The notes beneath the pieces are model-generated. The model was not told where the DNA came from. It was given only the letters and a program-made list of their open reading frames with translations, and made no database searches. A program made the position numbers and the translations under genes. From Hypanus sabinus (Eukaryota), in the NCBI RefSeq assembly GCF_030144855.1, contig NC_082718.1:96968001-97032000 (forward strand): a DNA stretch of 64,000 nucleotides, read 5' to 3'. The first letter of the stretch is position 1. The number at the start of each line of letters is the position of its first letter. Shown here in pieces: positions 35,567-48,360 of this stretch.

Positions 35567-38500
35567 GTGAGTTCTGTCCGTTTCAAAACTTCTTATTGGA
35601 GCCCGGAGCTGTGACTGATGTGTAAGCCATTTTATGATCTGTACCCCATTCTCTGGACCTGGAGTTTAGTGTAGCCTAAAATTCCAAAATAACTCTTAGT
35701 TATCATAATTGATTTTTTTTTCCTGTGAATACCTTAAGGGGATCAGGATCTATATTTTGCAAAGAGATTTTCTGATGATGTAGATACTGTACATAGTTGA
35801 ATCTCACAAGTGATCATCAAATATATATGGATTCATAATGTACGAGGAAGCCTTTCAGTCTGCGTTACCTCTTTGCAATTGATCTCATTGTCCAGGCCTT
35901 TCTCCATACCTTTACAGTTCTTTTCCCTCAAGTATCTAACAAATCTTTTTGAAGGCCCAGTTTGATTCTCCATCGTTATTATTCGTGTCAGGTAAGAATA
36001 AGAATCTTCATTGAATATTTTCCTGGGAAGATAAATATTCACGTGCTATGTAAGTACCTTCTTACGATAAATGTTAAACGGATGTAGATACTGCCCATAT
36101 AACACTGCTGGCTTTGAGTGCAGCAACGAGGGTCATCCATCTGTCTTTCTTGAAGGATTCTTCATTGCTTTTTCTGTAACAATTGTTTTTTTTAAACAAG
36201 TTAAGGTTGTTAGCCCTGAGCGGAAACTCCAAACCTGGAGGACAGGTGGACCATTTTTAGTCTGGCCTCTACTCTTTAACCTGTTTGGCATGGTTGACCC
36301 CACCAAGAGCCAAAGCACAAGGCCCTGATGCCAGCCCACATATCTGTCTAGGTCATTGAGGCACACAAGCCTCCAAAACCTACGACAAGATTAATCCTTC
36401 ACTAACATTCAAAATCTGGAAATGTATGCTCGACCTTCACTTAATGATGTACATGATCAAAATGGCTCGATTTGAAAACAGTGCATTCTTTAACAACATA
36501 ATGCATGATTCTGCTGCACGACATTTTATTTTTTAGAAGGACTAGATTTCAAATTGTTACCTGATTTGATTTGTGCCCTACTTCTCTGGACTCCGTGGTT
36601 TCTTAAGCGTTTCTTTGTTTGGGAATTGATGGTAAAAATATTGACCATCTGAGATGTAAATGTGAGCAGATAATTTTTCATCACATTTTCAGATTTACTT
36701 TTGTAGTCAGGCTAATTTCTCACATGGACTGATATATTAATCTGCAACCAACACACTTAAAACTGTGTTTCACATATATTTAGCTGCCTTGTGGTGTGAG
36801 TACTCACAACTGAAATTATTAAGTGGATTTGCATTTCCTAGAATGACTTCCTAATGTGAATCTTGAATTTCTATTTGTAGTGTTTCTTCTCTCATTTTAT
36901 CATTGCTACTTATTCAATTGTGGAACGTTTATAGCTTTGATCATAGCTCTGGCTTCCTGATGTGCATTTGCTGATGAGTCAATGGTAGACGTAAGCTGAT
37001 AAGACAATTGAATGCCAGCTTAGTGGAGTGCTCTCCAAGAGGATCACATCCTTGTCGTGGGGCTTGGAGGCTTGCATGCCTCAAAATCCCTGAGATCTAT
37101 GCTGACTGAAGTCGAGGCTTTGTACTTTGGATCTTGGTAGGGTCACCCATTCCGAACAGGTCAAAGGGTAGAGGCACAAACAAGAGTGGGCCACCGGTCT
37201 GGGGGTTCAGCTCAGGGGTAACAACCCTGACTGGCAAACAGAATCGTTTTGGAAACATGTGAGCGTGACGGTATTCCTGGGTCTCCACCTGGGGCTTGAC
37301 AGTAGTGAAAACCGAGCTACTGATGCGATGAAGGAAGCCTGGAACACCAGAGATGGAGGACTTCCATGCTGCCCCAAACGCCAGTGGTGGTAGTTAGTGG
37401 GGTGTGTGGCTTCCTGATAAACATTGGTTCCTTGCCATTAAAAGCTTCAGGCACAGGAATTTATGTCATGTAATGTTTAAAGTTTTCTTTTAGGACATTA
37501 ATACAGTATATATTTGTAGGATGTGATAGGGGATGAGAGTGAATGGTGTACTTTTTCTGTCCAATTCATCAAAAGAAGCTGATCCAAGCATCTCAGCAAA
37601 AACTCTGGAAGGTCTAGGCTTTAATTTCATTTTGAGCCACTCAAAGTAACGTGGTTTAATTGCAAATTCCTACGTAAGAGGTGAGAGAAACTGCACCAAT
37701 TGAAACAGTGAGCATAATCTGTAGTAATGTTTGTGTAAGCTTTATTATCTGATAACATCATATCCAAATGAGCCAGTTAGGGTGTTGTGTTCTTGTAAGC
37801 AGAGTACGTGTTAGTCTGAAGATCAGGTTTTGCTGGGCTACTTATAATCAGTTTTTTTTCTTGGTGTACATTCTTGATGATGTTTTCTGTGTTTAATATT
37901 TGGTCAATAGGCTTCTCTATCCACTGTAATGACTTGTTGCACTCCTGCAAGTCAGTAAATTTGATTTATTACTGTCATGTAATGACAGTGGAAAAACTTG
38001 TCTTGCATGCCGTCCATGCAGATCAGTTTATTCAAACAGTGCATTGAGGGAGCTCAAAGTGAAACAATAACAATGCAGAGGAAAGCGTGCGGAGGGAATG
38101 CAGTGCAGGTAGGCGTTAAGATGCAAAGTTACGAGGTAGATTGAGGTCAAGAGCCCATCTTCGTGTACTGGGGAAACAGTTAATAGTCTTACAGAAACTG
38201 TTCTTGGGCATGGTCGTACATGCTTTGAGACTTGTCTTTTGTCCCACAGGTGGGGGGGAGAACGTTCGGAATAGGTGGGGTTTTTGATTTTACACTAACT
38301 GTTTTCATTGGTTCCATTTGATATCGGAGAATGTATGTGGTATACAAGCTGAAATTCTTACTCTTCACAGACATCTACAAAACAGGAAACCACAAAGAAT
38401 GAATGACAGAAAAATGTTAGAACCTCCAAAGCCCCCCCCCCCACTGGTTCCAGCAGGAAGCATCACCCCACCGCCCCCCCCCACCACCAGCAATAGCAAA

Positions 38501-38885
38501 GCCTCCAAAGAGTCCATGATCTAGAGTCTGTGAAAAACCACAGTCCATATTTCCACACTTCGACATGCCACAGGCTCTCTATCACCAACGAGCGAGAGGG
38601 GAGAAGTATAGATGGTACATGGAGGGGAAGCTGGTTTCCGTGATGAGCCGAACTGTGTCCACAGCTCTGCGGTTCGCCCACAGCGGTTGCCATACCGCTG
38701 TGATGTATCTAGGTAATATGCTGTCAATGGTCCACCAATTTTATATTTAAAAAAAAAAATTGGTGAGGGTCAAGTAGGCCAACTTTCCTTGGCCTCCTGA
38801 GGAATCAGTGGTAATAGTGAATTTTCTTGGCTGTGGCATAAATGGAGAACTATAACCAAACATCATGATTTTCTTTCTGTTACAG

Positions 38886-38981
38886 ATACAATAATCAATG
38901 GATGATCGTGGATTATAATTTCTTTACACCAGGCCAACTGAATATCAGCAAGAACTTGTTGACGATTCTGGAGCAAATACC
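38886..38981 (+). CDS. PLBD2: PLBD2 exon 8
   Basis: YNNQWMIVDYNFFTPGQLNISKNLLTILEQI(P), 96 bp, CAG/GTAAGT. Confidence 0.96.
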
Positions 38982-39188
38982 GTAAGTGTGAATGTGATGC
39001 TTTTGGTTTATCGGATTGTTTGACTTTCCTGTGCCATCTGGATGAGTCATTTACACAGTTTGTATTTATATCGTGCAACTTTTTGATTCTTGCCTACGTG
39101 GTGAGAATGGCTGTGGACTGTTGTTTTTGGCTGCTGCTACTGTTTTGTATTTCATGGTTTCTCAAAACTAACTTCTGAGCAATTGCAG

Positions 39189-39260
39189 GGGCCAAATAGT
39201 TGTTGCCGATAAAACGGACGAGCTGATGCAGAGAGGTTACTGGGCCAGCTACAACATACC
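39189..39260 (+). CDS. PLBD2: PLBD2 exon 9
   Basis: GQIVVADKTDELMQRGYWASYNI(P), 72 bp, CAG/GTAAGT. Confidence 0.95.
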
Positions 39261-39290
39261 GTAAGTATAGACTGCGATGAATTCTAGTTA

Positions 39291-39821
39291 CAGTACTGTG
39301 CAGTCTTGGGAACATGTATATAGCTAGGTGCCCAAGACTTTTGCACAGTACTGTTGTGATTTTATGTATTGCACTGTACTGCTGCCACAAAAGCAAATTT
39401 CATGACATATGGGAATGATGATAAACCTGATTCTGATATAGATTTCTATTGTGGACAGAGAGTGGAAAGGAGGCAGGGAGACTGGAATCACGGTTAGGGA
39501 AAAAGGAAGGAGCGGGAAGTACCGGAGACACATTCTGCAACGAACAATATTCCAATTCTTTGGAAATCAAATAACCTTGCCTGATATCTCAGAGCTGGAT
39601 ATGTCTACACCAGTCTGCGCCACACCCCATCCCTGGCACTCCTCTGCCACCTGCCCCATGCCATGTCCACAGCACCACTCCACCCTGGCCATTCCCAACA
39701 TCCTTTCCTCCCGCCAGGCTTACAAACTTCATCTGTGCTCCACATTGGCAAATACAGTACTGTGCAAAAGTCTTAGGCACTCTTGTTATATTTATGTGCC
39801 TTAAACTTTTGCACAGTACTG
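39291..39821. mobile_element. Two tiny Tc1/mariner-type MITE hairpins (39291-39353 and 39755-39821) bracketing about 400 bp
   Basis: Each reads CAGTACTGTGCA(AAA)GTCTT...(AAG/AA)ACTTTTGCACAGTACTG and is preceded by TA. Confidence 0.7.
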
Positions 39822-40532
39822 TGATTTGTTCTAAGTTTGTTCTCCTGTTTCTTCTTAGGCTACCCTGACAGCTTGATAAAATTTTTATATGCATTCCTCA
39901 GAAACAAGCCCATGACCTGCCGTGCTCTTTTAATTTTTAATTCTCGTTCCATTATCACACTTGCCGTCCTAAGTTTATGCAAATTTAGGTCAACCCCTCT
40001 GACACACGAAGCCCTTCAGCAAGTTATCCTAACTATCACAGACAATCCACCAATTTAGCTGCAATGAAGTTAATCAGATTTGAGCGGATTTTCAATCAGA
40101 TTTCTTACATTATGACACGGCATGAATACAATTTCTTTTGTAAAGTTTGAACCATTCTCCTATTCCTCCCCAACATTGCCATGAAAGCTTCAGACACAGA
40201 AACAAGGAAAGTACATTAGTCTGTGACTATTCAGAAAAGAGCAGGGAGCCTTTCGTAGACAAGATATAGCATTCAAACCTCAGCTGGCAACAGTCTGCAG
40301 AGTTATTTCTCATGCAGTGCTGCACTGCTCAGTTTCCAGGATATGTGCTCCTCAAGATGAATGTACCCTTTCCCAAGGGAAGGAAAATCGGATACAGTAC
40401 TCTATCCAGTTTATGATTTTATTGCTTCTCTGTAGCATTTCTCACTCAGCATAGTCCATTCGGTAGAAGAGTTGCACAAGTAACTGTTTTTAACAGATGT
40501 TTTAACTCCAAGTTGTGCTTCTATTTTTGTAG

Positions 40533-40685
40533 GTATTTCAAAGAGATCTTTAATGCTAATGGTCAACTAGACCTGTTTAAGAAATATGGAGACTGGTTCA
40601 GTTATGACAAGAGTCCTCGAGCTCTGATATTCCGTCGAAATCAGACCATGGTTACAGATATGGCTTCAATCATTAAATTAATGAG
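40533..40685 (+). CDS. PLBD2: PLBD2 exon 10
   Basis: YFKEIFNANGQLDLFKKYGDWFSYDKSPRALIFRRNQTMVTDMASIIKLM(R), 153 bp, TAG/GTACC. Confidence 0.96.
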
Positions 40686-40729
40686 GTACCTGGACTATAT
40701 CAATGGTTGTTATAATTCTCTCTTGCTCT

Positions 40730-40982
40730 GATTTATTTAATAAGATCGTGTTGAATAGGCCCTTCTGGCCCTTCGAGCCATGCCACCTAGCCTAATTGTG
40801 GGACAATTTACAGTGACCAATTGGTGGGTCTTTGGACTGTGGGAGGAAACCAGAGCACCCGGAGGAAACCCACGCAGTCATGGGGAGAACTTACAAACTC
40901 CTTACAGGCAGCGATGGGAATTGAACCTGGGTCACCTGTACTGTAAAGTGTTCTGCTAACCACTACACTATCATGCAGCCCG
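40730..40982 (-). mobile_element. tRNA-derived SINE
   Basis: Reverse complement of the 25206 family (GATAGTGTAGTGG; GGTTCAATTCC). Confidence 0.7.
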
Positions 40983-43533
40983 TGCTCTTTATAGAAGTAA
41001 GCATTGGATATTACTCTGAATTATAACACAAAATGTTTCCTTGCATATTGCTTTTAAATGCAACTTTGAAGTGCAAAATTAATTAGCTGTTTACTCCTGC
41101 GTGTGAACTACACTTCACAACCAATTTGTTTCCAGGAAGCAATTGACTTGAATTGGTATAGCATCTGTTTGCCTGCCCAAATGTGGTTATAAGCCAAAAT
41201 AAGTGAGGTAAGAGCACAGGAACTTAAGAGGAACAATAGCTTCCCTCAGTCAACTCTATTTTTTCCTGTTTAACCTCTTGCAATCCTTAATGTAGTCATT
41301 TTTTAACTTAAAGAAACTTTAATGCAGTTCTTCATATGTTAAGCCTCAGATGTTGTTTCGCAATGTTTCTGTGCTTTATTACTTCCAATATATCCTCCCC
41401 TGATCCAGCAGCAACAGATTTGGGTGTTCCAGGGTGTGGTAGGTTAGCAAACTGACAAGAAGCCAGGCTCTATTATGTGATCACAAACAAGGGATTCTAG
41501 AAATCCAGAGAAATACACACAGAATGGCGGAGAAACTTGGCAGCTACAGCAGCAATGGAAAGGAATAAAAAGTTTCAGGCCACGACCCTTCTCATACTGA
41601 TGCTGATGTTGCCCCGCTTTGTGATTTGGGTTCTGCCCCGTGTATGTCTACTTGCACTTACATCCATGGTCCTGACTGCAGCCCAGTTTTCAGCTCCCAG
41701 CCCAAGCCAATGCCTGGCTCCGTCCCCAGCGGTCACTGCACAGCCTGCTGCCAGTCACGCTCCTGATCTATTTCCCAACCCCAGTCTTTGCTGCACATGT
41801 GGTCCGTGTTCCTGCTTCCCCTGGGCCTCTTCCTACCAAGCTCTCAATTCTGGCCACACCATGCCCACATTCCTATCAGCTGCAGTAAACAAAGGGGCCT
41901 CTTCTTGCAGTTTGCCACAGGGAGTGTCTTTGCAAGTGTCCTAAACGAGTTTTCATAAGACATGGGAGCAGAATTAGCCCATTTAGCACAACAAGCCTGC
42001 TCCGCCATTCCATCAAAGCTGATTCATTATCCCCATCAACCCCGTTTGCCTGCCTGCTCCCCAAAACCTTTGATGCCCTTACTAATCAAGAACTTACCAA
42101 CTTCTGTTTTAAAATTAAGTAGGCAAAGCTCTGCTTTTCAAACCACTGTGTGGGTTCCATCCACCGGGAGCATCATCTTGTGATAACCCTGAGAGAAATA
42201 GAGGAAGCAGAACATGGTGGGCTTTTCGGACCTCACCCAGGCCTTTTGACTCCATTAACAAGGAGGCACTGTGGAGCTTTCTCAAAACTGGCTGGCCGGC
42301 AATACTTTTCCCCATCTAGCATTTGCCTCATGATGGCTTGCAATCCATTATCCAAGCAAGTGGACCTGCAACAGGGCAAAGTAGTGAGGCAGCAGTTAAT
42401 ACTGCTGCCTCAGCTCCAGGGAATTTTATATGATCCTTATCCAAGGTGCTTCTTATGTGGACTTTGCATATTTTTCCCCGTGTCTTTATGCTCTGGTTTC
42501 CTCCAAAATCTCCACTCCAGGGCCAACCAGAGATACTTTCTTTGTTTTTACAAGACAATGCTGGGCATTAAGAACTTAAAGTACTGTAGGTCTTCCTCAT
42601 TAGTGAGCTGCATGTTGACAGAGGAGCTGGACTTGTTGCGGACCATGCTACAGAAAGGCTTTAGACCCGGTGAGTGAAGTCAGTGTGCAGTCTTAACAGC
42701 GAGGGGGCATTTCTCTTGCGGTTGCAAGACCCTCTTGGGCATTGGTAGTGTAAAATACTACAAGTTCACTTCACTGGTTTATTAGTGAGACCCTGCAGTG
42801 GGGGAGCTGTGTGGCCTCAGTTGTAGCGAGGACTTGTTGTAGGTCTTGTGCTGTGGACTTGCCTGCTGCAGCAATCTAGGAGTGGAGAAGCCGGAGGCGG
42901 TACGGCACAGTGTCTGTGCTGGATTGGCGGCTGTCTCCTCCAATCGGTGTTGCTGCCTGTGTGCGCTCGGTGGAGGACAAACTGCATTGTGCATACGTTC
43001 ACCTGCGGGGAGCGGCTTGCTGTTGCCGACAAGAAGAACAGGCACCATCAGTTTACAGGACGCCATGTCACTCGGGGACTTGGTTTATGTTTGTTTTGTA
43101 TAACTGTCGGTCCACGAAGAAGTGCTTGTTTCTTTTGGCTGTATTCGTGTATGGTTGATTGATAATTAAACTTAATTAACTTCTGTAAATCATCCTTAAG
43201 TATAGGTAAATGTCAAAACAGTCAAACTGGTATTGTTATGTGCAAGAATTGGTTGCATGTGTATCAGGACAAGAGAAATGGACTGATAGCATTTCTCTGC
43301 TGGGAGCTGGAGCACACCACCTTGCAAACTATACCCCTATTCCTTTCCTGTCAGGCATTACCAACTCCATTTCCATAGATCTGTTTGATTTGCTGAGTGT
43401 TTCCATCATTTTCTGGTTCTAACTCAATTTGTAGTCAATAGTTGCACCTTAAGATCTTAGAATTGTACTTGTGTCCTTCAAAGTCAACTTTAAGATACAA
43501 TTTGGATTTCTTGACTCACTGTTTTGCTTTCAG

Positions 43534-43696
43534 GTATAATGACTTCATGCATGATCCTCTGTCGGTGTGTCAGCAGTGTGTTCCGAAGCCCAATGGGGAG
43601 AATGCAATTTCAGCCCGGTCTGATCTTAATCCAGCCAATGGAAGTTACCCATTTTCTGCATTAGCTTTGCGATCACATGGAGGCACAGATATGAAG
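43534..43696 (+). CDS. PLBD2: PLBD2 exon 11
   Basis: YNDFMHDPLSVCQQCVPKPNGENAISARSDLNPANGSYPFSALALRSHGGTDMK, 163 bp, CAG/GTGAG. Confidence 0.96.
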
Positions 43697-46664
43697 GTGA
43701 GATGTACTGAGACAGCAGTTCTGCGGCATGAAGGCTTGCGAGGAATGGAAAATGTTTAAAACGGTGGTTGGTCTATAAATGAAAGGGGAAAGATTAGTTA
43801 ACACTTTGGGTGTAACTTTTCATAAAGGAAAGCAGATTTATGATAAATGGTACCTGCACCTTTCTATCAAGGCACTGACTAACCTGCAGAGCAGTTACAG
43901 TAATTTCTACTTTAGATTCCCAGCTTTTCTAATTTTCTTCATGCAAATAAGTTTGCTTTTATTTTTGTTTATTCCAGCGATCTTTCAGTTTTCCAGTCTT
44001 CTGTTGAGTGGATTTGCAATCTAATGGTGATCAATATATTAGCACAACTAGAAAATCAACCTGGGGTGCTTAAATAGTGCATCCCCAATTTTAACTTCCC
44101 TCAGATGAGTATTTTTTTAATTCAGCACTTGTTAAGAGACATGTTAAAAATGAGCCAATGAATGTATATATGCTCCCTTTTCAGCAACATTAGGTTGGCT
44201 GCTGTCCAGGAAAGCTGTTCACCACTCCTAAAGGATATTTGGGGATGAGCAATAAATTAAGGCCCAGAGTGTAAAAAAATGAATAAAGCAAATATCTCCA
44301 TAAGACATTAATCAGCAGTGATGAATGTTACCTTCACTTTTGGTATTTTAGTCTACATGTATGTCATGTTGCTCCTCTCTGGGGTTTACTTCCTGCTCTG
44401 AAAATCTACCTTACAGAGATATCGTATTTTCTGAGGTCCTGCCCTTCTAGTAATCTTATGCTCAAGCAGGAAAGGATTAGCAGTTCTATGGCATAGTTCA
44501 GAGTTTCAATGGCAGGATTCAAAGAAAAGCAATGGCATTCTATGATCAAATTTTTTAATTAAAGAACTAATTTGCTTTGCTATGTTATAGCTCACATAAT
44601 TACTGCACAACATACTCAGTCCTTGTACATACAATAAAGAGTCTGCAGATGTAGTTCTCTCCAAGGGTAATGGAGATCATCTTTTGAAGTGGTCGTGTAC
44701 CCTTAAGTAAGAGATGTACACTATTGTCTTTGAGTTGTACAGCATAGAACTGCCCTTCAGCCTACCATGTCTCTACTCATTATCAAAATCCCTTTTCCTG
44801 TATTAGATCCATGACCCTCTGTACCGTATTAATTTAAGTGCCTATGTTCTTAAATGTAGATTCTACCACCAGTAGTAGCAAGTCAACCAAAGTGTACTTA
44901 AAAAGAAAAACTTTCACCTTGTATCCTCTTAAGACTCCTTTTCCTCTGAACAGCTTGCCCTCTTGTTTCGGATACTCTTACTATAGAATAGGATTTCCAC
45001 TACCTACTCTATCCTGTCTCTTAACGTTTTGTATCTCTGAGGTCGCTCCTCTGTCTCCTACTTCCACAGCCCATAAAGCACAGCCATTATGAGGAGACCC
45101 ATAATTAAAGTCCTCCGATCCAAGCCACACCCTGCTCAATCTCCTCTGAGCTCAGAGAACAACCAGATCCTCCTTGTAGTGTGGCAACCAGAACTCTACA
45201 AAATACTCAAGTTGTTGTCTAACAGTATTTTGTAAAATTCTAATTTTATTATTCGGACAATTGCTGCCTTCACCTGCAATCCCATCTTATAGAAGCTATT
45301 GGACTTGAACGTCTGGGTCTCTGCATTCATTGGCGTTCCTTATGACCCTATTATTCAGTGAATACAGCAGATCTGTACCTACCCTTTGACTTTCCAACAT
45401 GCATCACCTCATACTTGTCAGGATGAGCGGGGGTGAATTTGCCTTTTTCTGCAGGACTACAAAAGCATCTTTTGCTGATCAGGAACAGGGCATTTCCAAG
45501 TGCCTTCTCCCCCCAGCAGGAAGTGTTGGGCACCCTGAGTGGTTTCTCCCCACCCCCCCCCACTGAGGCCACTGATGGCCTCTCCTCCCGTGCCCGCTCG
45601 CATTCCCATTACAGCTGTTTCTCCCACACACTGTCCTTTTCTGACTTGTGAGCAGCTAGTTGTGAACAATTTTCAGGATGGAACCCCATAATAACTTGGG
45701 GACTGTCTGTCATTTGATAGGAAGGGGGTTGGACTGAGACAGGATAATGTTGGGCAAAACACTGGCAGCTGGAATTTAATCTTCAACTGTGAGGTGATTT
45801 GTGAAGACATGCTGACTACAGTGTCTATATATACTAATATCACTAGCTCCCATTAGGTCTGCATCCATTGACATGTTTCCTATCAAAATACCTGTCCAAA
45901 TACAAACATTGGACCTTTCAAACATTGTAATTGCATCTATCTCAACTACAGCCCAAATAAGCCAAGGACATGCAGAGTGAATGTTGTTCTAAACAACAGT
46001 GGGATTTTGTATACATGATTTGCTTAAAAAGTGGCAGCACGCGTAGTGTAGGGCGGTGAACAGGACATGCAGGATGCTGGCCTTTATTACCCAGGGCATG
46101 GAATTTAAGAGTTTGGACATCAAGGTACAGCTTTATAAAACTTTGGTTAGGCCTCTGCTGCAATATTTTGTGCAGTTCCACAGAGCAGAAAGGATGTAAG
46201 TGCATTGGAGAGGGTGCAGAGGAGGCTTATCAGAATTTTGCTTGAGATGGACTGTTTCGGCTATAAGGGGCGACTAAAGACTGCGTTTGTCTTCCAAGTA
46301 ATGGAGATAGTTAAGACGGAACCATACTCTTGATAGGAGTGGCTAGTGAGAATCTTTGCATCATGGGTTAAGGTGAGGAGCAAGAAAGAAAGGATCTGAG
46401 GGAATAATTTTCCACCAAAAAAATGGTTACAATCTGGGATGTGCTATCTGTGAGGATGGTGGAGGCAGATAGTCACACATATCTGAACAAGTACTTGACC
46501 TGTTGAGGTACAGAAGGCTACAGACCAAGGTAAACGAAGAAGATATAGATAGATTTTTAATGGTCAGCAAGGATATGGTGGACTGAAGAGCATGCGTCTG
46601 TACTGTGTGACCCTTGACTCTTTATAAAGTCACTAATAAAGTTTTTAATTTGTGTCATGCCTAG

Positions 46665-46832
46665 GTTACCTCATTTGAATTGCACAAGGCCTATCAAATG
46701 ATTGCAGTGAGCGGCCCAACGTGGGACCAGGTCCCGGCGTTTCAGTGGAGCAAATCTCCATTCAGAAACCTTGTGCACTTGGGACATCCCGATCTTTGGA
46801 AATTCCTGCCAGTAAGGGTGGAATGGAAATGA
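46665..46832 (+). CDS. PLBD2: PLBD2 exon 12 (last coding exon)
   Basis: VTSFELHKAYQMIAVSGPTWDQVPAFQWSKSPFRNLVHLGHPDLWKFLPVRVEWK*, TAG acceptor. The 12 exons total 1734 bp, an open frame of 577 aa. Confidence 0.96.
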   Translation, partial: VTSFELHKAYQMIAVSGPTWDQVPAFQWSKSPFRNLVHLGHPDLWKFLPVRVEWK

Positions 46833-47172
46833 ACGCTTGGCATGTGTACACAATTAAATATAGTACTTTAAAATCAGATCATGCCAGTTATCTTGATATT
46901 CTTCTTCATTTAAAATATCACTGTGACGACTTGTGTGAATCTAATTTATGAAATGAGAGTGATTTTTAAATCACAATGCTGGTGTAGATTTCACAATGAT
47001 TACCAGAACTTATCGAAGTTTTATTTGTGAATGAAATCTTAATTTCATGCACCTAGTACACTAAATCACAAGCTCATACAGTAAAACTTGCAGGAATTTC
47101 TGAGCTAATATGTTTACAGCACATTATCTGTGAAAGACTATATTTCTGTGCTTGGCCAGGCTGGATTTACAG

Positions 47173-47340
47173 GAAGAAGCACTGTCAACGTTCCGGGCCG
47201 TGACCCTTCGTCAGGGCTAACGTTAGTCCTGACAAAGGGTCTCGGCCTGAAATGTCGACTGTACTTCTTCATATAGATGTACCAGTAATTTGTGTTTGTT
47301 GCTCAAATTTCTAGCACCTGCAGATTTCCTCGTGTTTGCA
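47173..47340. mobile_element. Penelope-derived foldback with two degenerate hammerheads in the PLBD2 3'UTR
   Basis: 49-nt arms 47173-47221 and 47222-47270 around TAAC|GTTA. Same family as 7675-7877. Confidence 0.75.
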
Positions 47341-47827
47341 TTTTTATACTTGGCTAGTCAGCAAAGGAAAATTTCACTTCCTATAAAGCCACATTTTTTC
47401 CACTTCGTGTGACCTGATACAGCTTTGCATCTCTATGTATGACAAATGATCCCTAATCTCCCTGACCTCAAGCTGAGCAGCTGAAGCCTGCTTTCCCTTC
47501 GTGGCCAACAGCAGAATCAAATAATGGTCAAAGTTAGAATTGTTACACAGCGGGTGAGCCTGGACACATCTTCCTGTGACTCGTGTTCCCAAATGACTGA
47601 TTGCCAATGTTTAGTAACTTTAAAGCCAATTTAACTGTCAGACTCAAGCAGTGGTTGCTGGCAACCAGACTGGTATTAGTATTTGCAAATAAGATTTCGA
47701 TTTCACATTTCTTAAATTTTACATGTATAGCTTTTATAGAATATTATACACAGGATATATTAAACACAAATATGGTGTTTCATGTTTGAGTACAGAGGAT
47801 GATGTCTGTACTGGATTCTGATATTTG

Positions 47828-47833
47828 AATAAA
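47828..47833 (+). terminator. PLBD2: Probable PLBD2 polyadenylation signal
   Basis: AATAAA about 1 kb after the stop codon, followed by a U/GU-rich stretch. Confidence 0.55.
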
Positions 47834-48327
47834 AATGGTGATAAATAATTCTGCATCAGACCTTTTGTGGCCTGCTTTAACATCAGGAACAGTTAATGCA
47901 AATTCTCCAGTTTTTTCCTGGAGCAGGTAGGACACCTTGCTAATGGTAAGCAAACATGAAAATACTTTTTAGTGAATAGGTGAAGTGCTAAGTTGGAATA
48001 CAGTCCATTCATCCTGTGATCTAGTCGGTTTTCTATCTCCTGACTTGCGATTTTGTGCAGTTTTACTGCAGAATCGCCACGAGTGCTGATCAATACAGAT
48101 GCTGCCTGTGAGAAATAAGGTTAAGCTTCTGAAGAGTAGAGTTTTCAGGTGAAGCAAGAGGTTTATGACTTTTAGTCCTGAAAATGTAACTTAATTTCTT
48201 AATGTAAATTAACTTCAGATCTTAATATATTTAAATGATTTTTCAATAGCTAAAATAAAATTTTAGAAATTTAATAAGATTTGGGCTGTTGAAGCCTGGA
48301 CGTTTCCCTGTAAATTAGGCTTGGCTA

Positions 48328-48360
48328 CAGCGCCACCAAGTGCAAGAGAATGTAATTGCA
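48328..48360 (-). promoter_or_regulatory. Candidate CTCF site with upstream (U) module
   Basis: Minus strand reads TGCAAT-N10-TGCACTTGGTGGCGCTG, resembling the CTCF core plus the TGCAG-type U motif. It lies between the PLBD2 3' end and the FBXO21 promoter. Confidence 0.45.

Noticed and set aside
41537-43162. Several 100-175 aa ORFs in PLBD2 intron 10
   Set aside because: No recognisable domains, and they overlap mosaics of SINE/LINE fragments.
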